DNA from: Octopus vulgaris
Lineage: Eukaryota
Length of the DNA: 64,000 bases
Assembly: GCA_951406725.2 (NCBI GenBank)
Contig: OX597821.1
Span: 49,476,001 to 49,540,000 of the forward strand
Direction of reading: 5' to 3'
Part shown: in pieces, positions 37,992-49,757 of the stretch
How positions within the stretch are numbered: the first letter of the stretch is position 1
Layout of the letters: the number at the start of each line of letters is the position of its first letter
Program-made: the position numbers and the translations under genes
The notes under the pieces: model-generated
The model's input: only the letters and a program-made list of their open reading frames with translations
What the model was told of the DNA's origin: nothing
Database searches by the model: none

Positions 37992-38296
37992 ATAAGTATA
38001 TGAAAGAATGGAGTTGAACGACTAGTTAACAAATATCCTTTATTCTCGACATATGTTTCGAAGGCTGCATATTGCTAATTCCGAAGGAATAAGGAGTACA
38101 TTATGCAGATTTCTCTTCAGAAAAATCAAGGAAACTTATGTCGACATCAAAATGCACAAATTATTTCCTGAAGAGAAATCTGCATAATGTACTCCTTATT
38201 CCTTCGGAATTAGCAATATGCAGCCTTCGAAACATATGTCGAGAATAAAGGATATTTGTTAACTAGTCGTTCAACTCCATTCTTTCATATACTTAT
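37992..38296. repeat. Perfect 129-bp inverted repeat, each arm with a hammerhead core
   Basis: Arms 37992-38120 / 38168-38296; CTGAAGA-G...C-GAAACATATGTC. Confidence 0.92.
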
Positions 38297-38297
38297 G

Positions 38298-38328
<31 letters not shown>

Positions 38329-38774
38329 ATTTGTATGCATGCATGTATAGATATGTATATATTTATGAGAAAGAGGTTGATGTGTAACTTTGTATGCATA
38401 TTAGGTAGAGATTTATACTTGTGTCTGTAAAAAATCTATCATAAATTTCATATTAGTTTTGCTATTACTATTTGTCGCAGATGCAGTAAAGTTTGTTTTA
38501 CATATTTTTTAATATCTTAATTCTCGAAATTAAAAAAAAAATTTATATAGTTTACATTTTCCATTCTTTCTTAAAATTTATGTTGTGTGTATTTGACTTT
38601 ACCTTACAGTTTTCTTACAAGTCATGTTGTATATTTGTTTAATTCCACCCTTTCTTAGAAGCTCAGCCTGAATTTTCTTTTTTTCATTTTGTTTTCTTTT
38701 TTGCAAAAGAAACAAATTAAAAAAAACATTTAAAAAAAAGAATCCAAAGACATTTGCTATTATTACACTAGACA

Positions 38775-39161
38775 TTAATTTGGTTCCCAAGTTATTGGAT
38801 TCCGATAAGTTGGGGGTGGGGCACTACGACAACGCCGACCTGGCCAAGTACCAGTTCGGTTTTTCTTGTCTCTGTTCAGTCTTACATGAGTCGCCCCCTC
38901 AGATACCCATTCAGGGTGTATTACAAAATAATCCCGTCGGGGTGAACATGGTTGTGAGAAAAGTCCTCCTTCATAAATATAATTTGATGATTCCGGACGG
39001 GGTAACTTTTTTTCATTGAACCGGTCACAGTTACGTCGAGATGAACGTCCAGCACGGCCTAAAGAATTTGAACCAGGTGAGCCATACCATCCATAGGTTG
39101 TCTGACAGTTCCGCCTGTAATATGCAGTATCTTGAGTATCATCTTTCTTCTTAGCAGCCAT
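38775..39161 (-). CDS. Uncharacterised 128-aa basic protein, single coding exon
   Basis: Uninterrupted non-repetitive ORF, GC-richer than flanks; strong acceptor tttcttttatatctttcag at 39200-39218, 38 nt upstream of the ATG; in-frame stops upstream of the ATG. Confidence 0.75.
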   Translation of the reverse strand: MAAKKKDDTQDTAYYRRNCQTTYGWYGSPGSNSLGRAGRSSRRNCDRFNEKKLPRPESSNYIYEGGLFSQPCSPRRDYFVIHPEWVSEGATHVRLNRDKKNRTGTWPGRRCRSAPPPTYRNPITWEPN

Positions 39162-39989
39162 GTGGAATGTTGACAGTTCAGATAATCATTGGTTTTAATC
39201 TGAAAGATATAAAAGAAATTTGAGATATTCTAAAATTATGAAAAACTGAGAATTTCTATTTATGTGGACCATAATGATATTGAAATTTGGTAAATTGAAT
39301 TGATTATATTTATATTGATGACAGATTGGGAAACTCGAGTCTAGAAATTTCAATCTGTGTGTCATTTGTTATCTTCAAACTGTCCATATACAGTGTTAGA
39401 CTGAAAATGTCTTTGATCATTGCTGAGAATCAAATTTTTATTGTAGAACAAGTAGAAAGATATATTATTTCAACATCCTTTTAAGAGCAGAAAAATTTGT
39501 CAGCAAATTTTTCTGTTCTTAAAGGATTTTATCCTTTGTATATACTGTTCAGTATTTATGTATTGAAAAATTATATCTTTCTACTTGTTCTACAATACAT
39601 TTCAATGCTTCAAAAACAAACTTATGTTTCTTTACATATGACAAATTTTTATTGTTTAACCAGTATTTCCACTTCAATTTTTGACATCATTTTTATTCAG
39701 GATTACTTTAGCCAGTAAATTCATCAATTTCTATGATGGTAAAAGAATTTGAATGTGATATTAATTAATCAAGCAGATTAATTGTCAAAACAGAAAGTTT
39801 CTCAGCTGTCACTCTTTCTAGTTACTCTCTCCCAATTGCTCATTACTTCTTCTTCCTCACCATTACTCATCTTCATTGTCATCCAGCATTCTCTCTGATT
39901 TCCAATAAACCCTCTACAATCACCCTGTCTTCCTCCTACCAATCTCTCTAACCCCATCACACCACTCCAGCTGCATTTATTCAAATGGA

Positions 39990-40680
39990 GGCTGCAAAGA
40001 GCTATAGAAAGGCATCTAAACAACAGGTTTATCTAGCAAGGGTAGAAGCAAAAGGGAAGAGGTTTACTAATGTCTTGCAACATGATGATCATAGATGAGA
40101 AGTATTCCAGGTTGCTAAGACAGTGTATCAGAGAGTATTGAGAGGTTGTGGATGAGAAGTGTGTACAGACAGATAATGGTATGCTTGCCCTTAGCAACTC
40201 TGAAAAGAATGAGGTATATAAGCGAATGGTTAATAAATATGGAGAATGAATGGGACTAAGGTAGTCTTCCCAATGTGAAGCCAACAGAGGGACCAGCCAG
40301 CCTAGTTGCCAGCAGTATGATGGATAAGGCAATCAAAGATATGAAGACAGGGAAAGACCATGTCCATCAAGAATTACCATTGAGATGCTTAATATACTGC
40401 TGGAGTAGGACATGGTCTAGTAACCCATATAGTTAATCAGGTTATTCAAGAAGGCGTCATCCCTAACTATATAGAATATGTTCTATCCATAAAGGAGGAA
40501 GTAGAGCAGAACAGATGCTAACAATTATAGACCTGTTTCTCTAGCCTCACATGTTTGCAAAGTTATGAAACAAATTGTCAGGAGGAAGCTGGTCATGCTC
40601 CTAGAAGATAATGACTTGCTCCCTGACACCCAGTGTACCTTCTGCTCAGGAAAAGGCTGCCTTACACAGCTTCTGTTGCA
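39990..40680 (+). mobile_element. Decayed LINE fragments (RTE-like, then CR1-like RT start)
   Basis: NYRPVSLASHVCKVMKQIVR...LL.D.Q..F.SGK.CLTQLL at ~40520-40680. Confidence 0.7.
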
Positions 40681-42597
40681 GAAGTACATTTTTGGTTAAA
40701 TATTTCTGCAGGAGATGCATTTGTTGAGTCTGGCCAAGCTGGCACATCGCCCTGAAGGGTTTTAGCTGAATGGATTTACAGCAGTCATTTTTATACAGGT
40801 CTGGTACTTACTCTATTGGTTTCTTTTGTTGAACTGCTAATTTATGGGAGAAGATATAAACAAACTAACACCAGTTGTCAAGCAGTGGTGGGGGACAAAT
40901 ACAACACATAGACACACAACAGGCTTCTATCAACTAATTTCATTCACATGGTATTGGTCATCCTGATGCTGTAGTAGGAGACACTTGTTCAAGGTGCCTT
41001 TCATATATATATGTGTGTGTGTGTGTGTACACACACATACACACAAGCCACTTATTTTTGTTGTTACATGTATAAAATGCAATGTGTCCAATATACAATA
41101 GGGCTGAAGGTGAGTAGAGTCTGGTGTAATAGTGTTGGTCTTTTCTCCTATTGACTTGTTTTGTCCAGTTTACCAACACACACATATGAATCAGAGAAGG
41201 GAGAGATAAGAGAGCTAGGAAATGTAGAACTCTGAGAGAGAGAGAGAGGGGTGGAGGAAGAGATGTGTCATGAAGAAAATGTGAAATACCTTATGACAAA
41301 AGTTTTCTTCTCTGAGGAATGTCCCAGATGTTGTGCAGTTATGATGTTTTCCTGTGGTGACTGCTTGGAGAAGAAATGAACTGTTTCGGCTAGAATGGAG
41401 CTGTTTGGATACAGCAGATCTTACACTAACTGTTGGCTGAAAGGATAGACAGATAGATAAATAGATAGACAGACAGACAGATAGATAGATAAATAGATAA
41501 ATAGATAGATAGATACTTATAGACAGACAGTTGTGTGCGTGTTAGTCTAACCTGTTGCCAAAATGAGCAGGTCATCACACGTTCCTTATATATTTTCTCT
41601 GAACCAAATTTTTAATTTTTAATTTTCAATTCACCTGAAGTAAATTTTTTTTTTACAATGTAATAGGTATATTCATCAATAAAAAAAAACATGTCTGAAA
41701 CAGCTGTAGTGAACTTCAACACATTTGTGTTCTTTCTTTATGTAAACACCACACCTGGAATCTTCCCTACATTGGATCTAGAATTTACAGTGGATTGTGA
41801 CACTGCTTGCCAGCATGAATACTCTTTTACTTGTTTCAGTCATTTGACTGTGGCCATGCTGGAGCACTGCCTTTAGTACTTATTCTATCGGTCTCTTTTG
41901 CTGAAGCGCTAAGATACAAGGACGTAAACACGCCAGCATTGATTTGTTCATGTGAATAAGTAGAATAAGTAGAACAAATAGAATGCACAAAGTTTGTAAT
42001 ACAGTACCAGACCAATTATCTGGCAAGCTTGGGACCAGAAATGGCCTAGATTTCTGGATTTTAGGGTTTTCTGAAGACAACCTACATATGCATTTAGAAT
42101 AAACTACATATGTGTTTAAAATAAGCTATAATGAGTAAAGAACTCTTTTGTATTTAATAGATTCAAATTAATATACTTCTAAAGCTGGATCTGTCTGATA
42201 ATTATTAATCCACTGAGAGTATAATGTTTATAGGATGAAAATTAAATGGAGAAAAAATTTTAACAGATACAAATTAATACATTTCTATACTTAATCTTTG
42301 ACATTCCATTTACAAAAGGACAGAACAAAATTATTTTTAACAAACCGTCTGCAAATTAGCCAATAATGTGGCCATGTGGTGAACTATAGCTAGCCCTCAA
42401 ATTGAAAAAATAGCCAATTTCAAAGGTAGCCAGCTTTTAGGTAATTCTGGATTTCTGGAAGTGAGCTAAGAGGTCTGGTTCTGTAATTGCATGCATATAG
42501 TAAGTGTTTAGATGAATTCAGAAATAAATAGTAAAATATAAGTAGATGAAGGAGAAAGGGAGTGATTTAATGATTGAGTGAATGGAAAGATAACTGT

Positions 42598-44150
42598 CAG
42601 TGGTGGGCATAGCTAACCAAAAAGTTAGCTTCACTAACCGCTAATCCACTAACTAAAAAATAAACTTTACTAATGCAAACCACTAAACAGGTAAAAAAAT
42701 ATTACCAGAAACTAACACTAACTGATAACCAGTAACTTTTATTATATGAATTTAGCTTCAGTTTTATTTTATTTTTTTGGCTCTAAAACTTAAAAACAGA
42801 CCTAGAGAGCTGAAATTTTCATGTTATAGTTTAGACATAGAGCTTTCCAAAAAGGCCCAGCAAGCCAAGATCAGGTGATGATCAAGCTGTACACAAATAA
42901 TTAAATGAACAAGTGAAATTAAACATTTGTTTTTCAGTGAACATACACTTTATTTACAGTACAAAAAGTATTAAATGAATCAAAAGATTTAGTATGGCAT
43001 AGGTATCATGCCAAGATCAGATGATGATCAAAGTGTACTACTCTGACTGGGCCTTCTCCATCATCACGACATGATGCTAGTTGTCCTTCATAAACATCAG
43101 CCTCTCAAAGTTACCATATGACAAGGTGGCTCTCTTGGCCCTCAACATATCATTGCTTATAGAAAATAGACGCTCAACTGCAGCACTGGCTGGGATATGG
43201 TAGTCAATAAAGACATGCTTGCCTAAAAAGGCGACTTCAGTCAGGACTGCCTTTAAGACGGCCTCCAGGTTATATGCCTTGATCTGTGGGCCCTGCTCTC
43301 CTGGAACCAAGTGATGTTACTGAAGAAATCATCTTCTTCATCTTCATTGCTGATGGTACTGCTGCACTCCTCATTGGTCTCCATTAGGTGCTGTCTCTAA
43401 GACGGCCACCATGGCATTTGTCACTGCTAACCTAGCTATTATTATACTGCTCCAGCCAGAACAGGCAAAATTTGGGGTGGAGGGTAGTGGCCAGCTGGCA
43501 CACCAGGTCTTCTAGGAGGATCCCAAACCTTTTCATGATGCTGACAGTATTGCATCAGCCAGAGGACTGCAGTGCAGATGTTTGAACTTGGCCTCCTTCA
43601 TCTTTATTATGGTAGCCACTACAGTTGGCAGAAGGCTCCTGAGAAAAGCCTTGTCTTCTTCCTGGATTTTACCACTTGTTCCTTGAGGGTGGTCTCCTTG
43701 GACTGGTACATGATGCATCAGAAGTACAGAATTTTGGTGTTCCTCTTACCCCTTGACATAAGGACAAAGTAGTCCTCCAGGCGGGGCCACGGTTCCTGAG
43801 ATTCTTGGCTCTCAATCTGAGCAACCTCCATCTCACCCACAGCCATTGGAGACTCCTCAACAAGCCCTTCATCCTCAGGCTGAACAAAAACGTCTTCACC
43901 TTCCATAATGATAAGCAATAATTTGATTAACCAATAACGTACACTGATGTTGTTGACAGTGTAAGACTGTCTGTAATTTGACAACGTTGTAAGTGAACAC
44001 AACTCAAACTGCAGAATTACACAATAATGCTCAGCTAGCTACTGCTACATTGACCAGTTACGTCTTGTCATGCATACATGCAGTCAGCCAATAGCATGCC
44101 TGACAGACTCTTCGAGACACATCTACAACAGACAAGACAGGTTGACCTGG
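42598..44150 (-). mobile_element. hAT transposon remnant
   Basis: PASAAVERLFS...LRAKRATLSYGNFERLMF dimerisation motif; terminal cagtggtgggca..gctaac; right boundary approximate. Confidence 0.8.
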
Positions 44151-44859
44151 TATACACAGTAGTATGCTTTGAATGTGCTCCTGAAAGTCATTGTTAAGCT
44201 ACCAGTCTGTTTCCCCAATATGAAAAGCATCACAAAGTTTGCATATGGTATACTATATAAGTTTGGATGATGTGCAACAGATGTTCTGGGTAATGTGATA
44301 TTGTAACTGAGGCCCAGTAATGGTTGTAGTGTTGCTAATGTAGGGGTAGGTGTTGTCTTGTCAGTGAGTGCCTGATTGTAAGGGGCTGGCTGCTGTGGAG
44401 CTTCTTACTAAGAGGTTTCAAAAGTTTCAAGAAGAGGTGATACAGAAAAGATTGGTGCATTTGTGTGTGTGTGTTTAGGGGTTCTAAGAATAGAATTTGG
44501 AAGTTGCGAATGAGTTTATCTTTCTATGAAAGGATAGAGTGGTGGACAGTGAGAAAGTGGAACAAGGTCTGTAGGTATGCATAAAGAGAGTAACAGAGTG
44601 GTAGCATGGTCAATGGCTTGGGCCTAGCAAAGTGCAAGGTCCATAACTGATCAAGGGTGTTCTCAATACAAGGAGAATTGTTGCATTCTTTTGCATTCGG
44701 ATTTGAAATAGAAATCAATGCTGCAGAGTTGATGAAGGTGAAGGAATTGAGCAAGAATGATATGGCAGATTTTGGGGGCCAGAAGAGTAAGAGGAATAGG
44801 AGTAGGAATCAGTAGGAATTGTAATTGACAGAAGTACATAGGTGGATATTCATCCTCTT

Positions 44860-45960
44860 CCCCATTACTATTTAACATCTATTTTCCATGCTGGCATGAG
44901 TTAGACAGTTTGACAGCAGGCTTCACTTGTCTGTTTTGGTATGGCTTCTACAGCTGGATACCTTTCTTAATGCCAACTACTTTACAGAGTGTACTGGATG
45001 CTTTTTACATGACATCAGTACAGGTGCTTTATATGTGGAACTGCCATGGGTACTTAATACACGACACCAGCATGAGTGCTTTATGCATGACCCCAGCCTG
45101 GTTGCTTTCTATGTGGCACTGGAATGAGTGCATTTTATGTGGCATTGGCATGAGTGCTTTTTATGTCGCACCAGCACCCAAAAGCTTGCAAGATAAGGAC
45201 CACTTGGCTGGGAGAGAGATCAATGATGTCTGTTTTCCTACTTACTAGGACTTTGGTCTTTGCTAAATTAACTCACTGGTCTAGCAATTTGATACCTCTG
45301 TAATTATTTCTGTCTAAGATGTCACTTTTACCTTTGTACAGTTGACTATAATGCTGCTACACTAGTCATTGATATGACTTCCTTATGAACAATTTAATTA
45401 ACTAAATGGGTGACTAGGCCATATACCACTCTCAGTGGTGGTTCCCAATGGGCTAGGAGCTTTCACTGTTTTCGCATCCTTCATAGCTTTATCTACCAGG
45501 CTACTGTTGATTTGAACAGATGGTCTCTTTGTTGGGTCTACATAGGCAGATTCTCCTTCTCTCATGCATTCTCTACATTTAGCAACCTTTCAGAGTGACA
45601 CTTCCAAGCCTCTTTCTTTGCAGAATTGCTAAGAACAAGTTGCTGTCATCCATGCAAACACAATTCTCTCCTACATCATGATTTTCTCTGACACACTGTC
45701 GTGCAACTGGAACACCTCATGCCTCTGGTCTTAATGCAGCAGAACATTGACGAACTTCTTCTTTCAGCTTCTACCCTAGCTAAATACACCTGTCACTTAG
45801 CTTTTCTTCTATCTACCTGATTTAGTTCTCTGCTGTCCTCACTCTTCCAGTCCTTCCAGACCTGTTTCTTAGCTCTTATGGCTACACTTTTCTACCATTA
45901 AGTCACCTTAGGTCTGGTTAGGACTTTGCATCAGTCACAAATTTGGTTTTTGGTTCTCAG
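44860..45960 (-). mobile_element. Decayed RTE fragments (3' UTR repeats and coding pieces)
   Basis: tttaacatctattttccatgctggcatg...; ggactttggtctttgctaaattaactc matches RTE RT. Confidence 0.6.
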
Positions 45961-47099
45961 TAAGTTGTCGCATAGGAATTTCTCATTGTCCTTTATGATA
46001 TATATCTGTAACTCCTCTTCCTTCTCTCTCACACACACACACACAATGGGCTTCTTGCAATTTTTATTTACTAAATCCATTCACGAGGCTTTTGTCATCC
46101 CAATGCCATTGCAGAAGACACTCGCTAAGGTGCAATGCACTGCAATTGAACATGAAGCCAAATAGTTGAGAACCAAGGTTCTTAACCACACTGCTATGCC
46201 TGCATGTGTGTGTGTGTGTGTGTGAGTAAGGATTATATGCATATAATCCTTACTGAAATGTTCATGCCGTAACTACTGATGTCAAAATGGGAGTATTAGA
46301 GATACATTTATATCTTAGATCTTTTTTGGCCAAATTCAACAAAGACTCCTGGAAAACTCCTCATTGAATTTCAAACAGGCAATCAATGAAGCTTGTTCTC
46401 TGGGAGTTATTCAGAGAAATGCAGAGTCTAGCTAGTGATTTTTCTCTTTCCCTCACTCCTTACTTACCTCCTCCCCATCAATGTCCTATTTGTAACTTCC
46501 ATGAGCAACAACATTGTCCAGCTCTCCCAGCAATGTTCATAATGTTATCGCCATGACCAAATCAAGCTATAAACAAAGATCCTATTTATGTTCTACTTTT
46601 TATATTGTCCATTCCTTTTCCTAAAACAAGGATCTACTATCAGAGTGTGTTTGTGTATGTGCGGCTATATAATTTTAATCAGTTTCATTGATGTTTGCAA
46701 GATCAAACTCTGATTTCAAGGAAGTGGGAGTAGGACATGAAATTTTTTTCCCATGAGAGTTCCAAACCTCAGTAATGAACTCATTTGCATACAACCAGAG
46801 TTCACCTTGATTTTGTTGTCAAGTTAACAAACACACTCTACCAAGTAAACTCAAGATGAAGAATGGTATCGTAAGTCAACCAATCACCAAGTTATGCCTG
46901 ATTTTAGAAAGAGACAAGTAATTAGATAGATTTGCATCTATACCTATTATCGGATTTTGTGAGGGCCCCATATGGTAAAGACGTGGATGGGAAAAATGTA
47001 GGTAGAGGTTGATGTGCTAGCAACCCTTTCCCCTTACTGTTTTACAAAGTAAACAACAACACAAATAACTATGCAGAGGCAGCCATGGTTGAAACAAGA

Positions 47100-49190
47100 A
47101 CAAGCTAGTTCTCCATGGGCTGTGGCCTCTACAAACATCACTCCTTGATATTTGTCGGTTTTATACCATGTGTTCACCCTGTTTGCTTTGTCACAAGTTC
47201 TTTGTATTTTATTCCATTCTTTGTTTCTATATCTAAGTGATATCATTACATGTTTCTGATATCATTACATATAATGTTATCTAATTTCTTTCTAGCTCCC
47301 CTGTATACTCAAACCCTATCTTTCTGATCATATCCAGAGAACTGCATGCGGTGTATGAAGTTCTGTATATGTTTTTTCATTTCATAGGGTTTGCATAGTG
47401 GGGACACATTGTTCATTATTCAAACTAAGTCTGCTATTAGTATGCTAATTTTCATGTTATGTGACAAAGCTGAGTTCTTGTGAACAACATATTTTGAAGT
47501 TATGGGTTTCATGTAATAAGAGTTGCGGAGCTGCACTCTATTGTTCACAGTCTCTAACCAAAGTTCAGTATCAAGTACAGGGAGTCTATTGTTGGGGTAC
47601 TTAGTGGGGTAATCTATAGTTACCTTGATACTTTGGTGAATGGAGTTAGCTATTTACTGGATGTTCTCCATTTTGTTCCTCTAAGTTTCTACACCACCGT
47701 TACCAGAGTTGATCCTAACTATGATATTAATGTCATCTACATATCTACTGTAGAGTAGAATAGTTGTGGACTGTACTGCAAACATTTGTTTAAATTTTCT
47801 GTCCCACCATGTCATGAAGAGGCCAGCCACATCTCCAGCTACACCAACACCAATGGCTGCACCTTGAACCTGCATGTATAGTTTTTTATTAAACTTTACT
47901 ATGTGGTTTTTCAAGGTGGTTTTTACGCTGGCCCCTATTGCATGTGCAATCATTTCTTTCACCTGATTGTTGTTCTCAGGGTTTTGGATGGGTGCGGTCC
48001 AGCCACTCCAGCCCTCTGTGGTGCTTTTCTTCACCGCTGAAGTGATGGTGGGTGGTCTTCCCCTCAGTGACCTGGTGGGGCAGAATCTACTAAGGTCATG
48101 GTCATCTAAATAGTTACTGTCATAGCATAGTCTGAGGAGGAGGCCCAGTTCCCTAGTGTTCACCTTACGAAATTCCACTTCACTTTCACAGATTGCTTGA
48201 ATGCATTTCTCCACAGCAAAATCTATGTCTACAGATGGGTAGAGTGAAATTACCTCAATACTACCCACTATACAACTTGTGAGGTCGTTGGAGTGGTTGC
48301 AAGTACTGATTTTACTGAGATCTTCTGTACTCACATAGACATCTGGAGACATCTCTATGAGAGGTCACAATACCTGTGAGAGGAAGTAGGACAGTCTATA
48401 GTTGCTGGAGACGTTTGCTCCACAAACTGGTCTGGTTGGGGGTCCCCCGACAGGGTTTACATAAGGTTTGTGGTCTTTGCATAACCCGTATAGTGTAGGA
48501 TCATCACTGTTGGATGCCTGGAAATTGTGTGCCATCCTTTTTGTAGGTTGGAGTATGTTGCACCACATTCCCATGTGTGCATTGAGGAGTTTTTCTACTC
48601 TTTCATGTTCTTGTGGTGTAACTTCTCTCATGATACTGATGTGTTGTTGCATGGTCTGGACATAGTTCTGTGGGCTATCTACTGACAGTCTGCCAGACTT
48701 GTCCGTAGGGAGGCACACTAATTCTCTGTTCCTAATCCGCTGTTTTAGTTTTTGTAGGCCTTTGTCAACAAATGAGCTGAGTTGGTGGGTCCCCTCCTCA
48801 CTATGTTTTTTAGTGGATTTGTTGTATTGGTCTAAGATATGTCGGAGTCTATTTCTCGCTAAGGAGATCTTTCCTTCTGTTTCACTCACAATTTGGGGTG
48901 GGATACATACTCTTTTGTTAAAGGGTAAGTCTGTGGGATAGATTCTCGTCATGTCATAAGATTTGTTGTTAGGGTTATAGAAAACAGAGTGTAGAGTGTT
49001 ATTATCATTGTGGTTGTTGTTATAGTTGCTGGTATTGTTGTTGTTGGTGATGGTGGTGGTGGTAGTGCTTGTGTTGTGCCTATTATTATTGTTATTGGTG
49101 GCGTTGTTAATAGTGGTGTGAATGATGTGGTTGTTATCGTTTTGTTGTTGTTGTTGCTGTCGTCATCGTTAATGTTGTTGTTATTATAAT
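47100..49190 (-). pseudogene. Penelope-like element reverse transcriptase, decayed
   Basis: One frame from 48952 past 47350 with in-frame stops: PTDKSGR, LYGL.KDHK..PTRPV, SLYPS, Q..GAAIG, RYVDD, DYP....RLPVLD, YYMKP; N/T-rich low-complexity upstream tract. Confidence 0.88.
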
Positions 49191-49244
49191 AGTTATTTTT
49201 AAACTTAATAGATTGTTCTAAACTTTCCCTTGAAAATCACATTT

Positions 49245-49340
49245 AAGACTATTTTGGGACGAATTGACCTGGGGATGAACTGATCAACGATGAATTGAAC
49301 AAGGACAAATTAACCAACAACGAAATAACTGGAGATGAAT
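49245..49340. repeat. ~15-bp tandem units (ggacgaattgacc-like), probable MITE subterminal repeats
   Basis: About six degenerate ga.gaa.tga.c units. Confidence 0.55.
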
Positions 49341-49757
49341 TGTCCAAGCACCTTATTATCAAAGCAAGTGTTATTATTGCACGACAATACATGCCCACAT
49401 GTGGCCACCCACACTGTTGATACCATTGAAAAACTGGGTTTTGAGTTGTTGGAACACTGTGCATACAGTCCAGATCTCGCCTCTCCCAACTATCATCCCT
49501 TTGGACTGCTCAAATATCCTTTACAAGATCATTGATTTGTTACAGACAAAGAAGCACAAGAAACAATGCATAAATGAGTGTGCAACCAGTTGGAAACCTT
49601 CTTCTCCAATGGAATGAGCAAGCTTGTGGACCACTGGAAGAAGTGCATGGAAAAGCAAGTAGACTATGTCACAAAATGATGTAATTGTTAAATCCCTGCT
49701 TTTGATTAAAATTACAGAAACAATAATGCATCTCTGTAATTTTTGACTTACCCTCAT
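49340..49757 (+). mobile_element. Mariner 3' fragment
   Basis: LLLHDNTCPH, HCAYSPDLASPNYHPFG; terminal ttttgacttaccctca-TA. Confidence 0.85.

Noticed and set aside
47420-48367. In-frame TGA codons in the PLE RT as possible selenocysteine recoding (as in some Naiads)
   Set aside because: Both TGAs fit CGA>TGA decay at likely Arg positions, TAG and TAA stops also occur in frame, and no SECIS was seen
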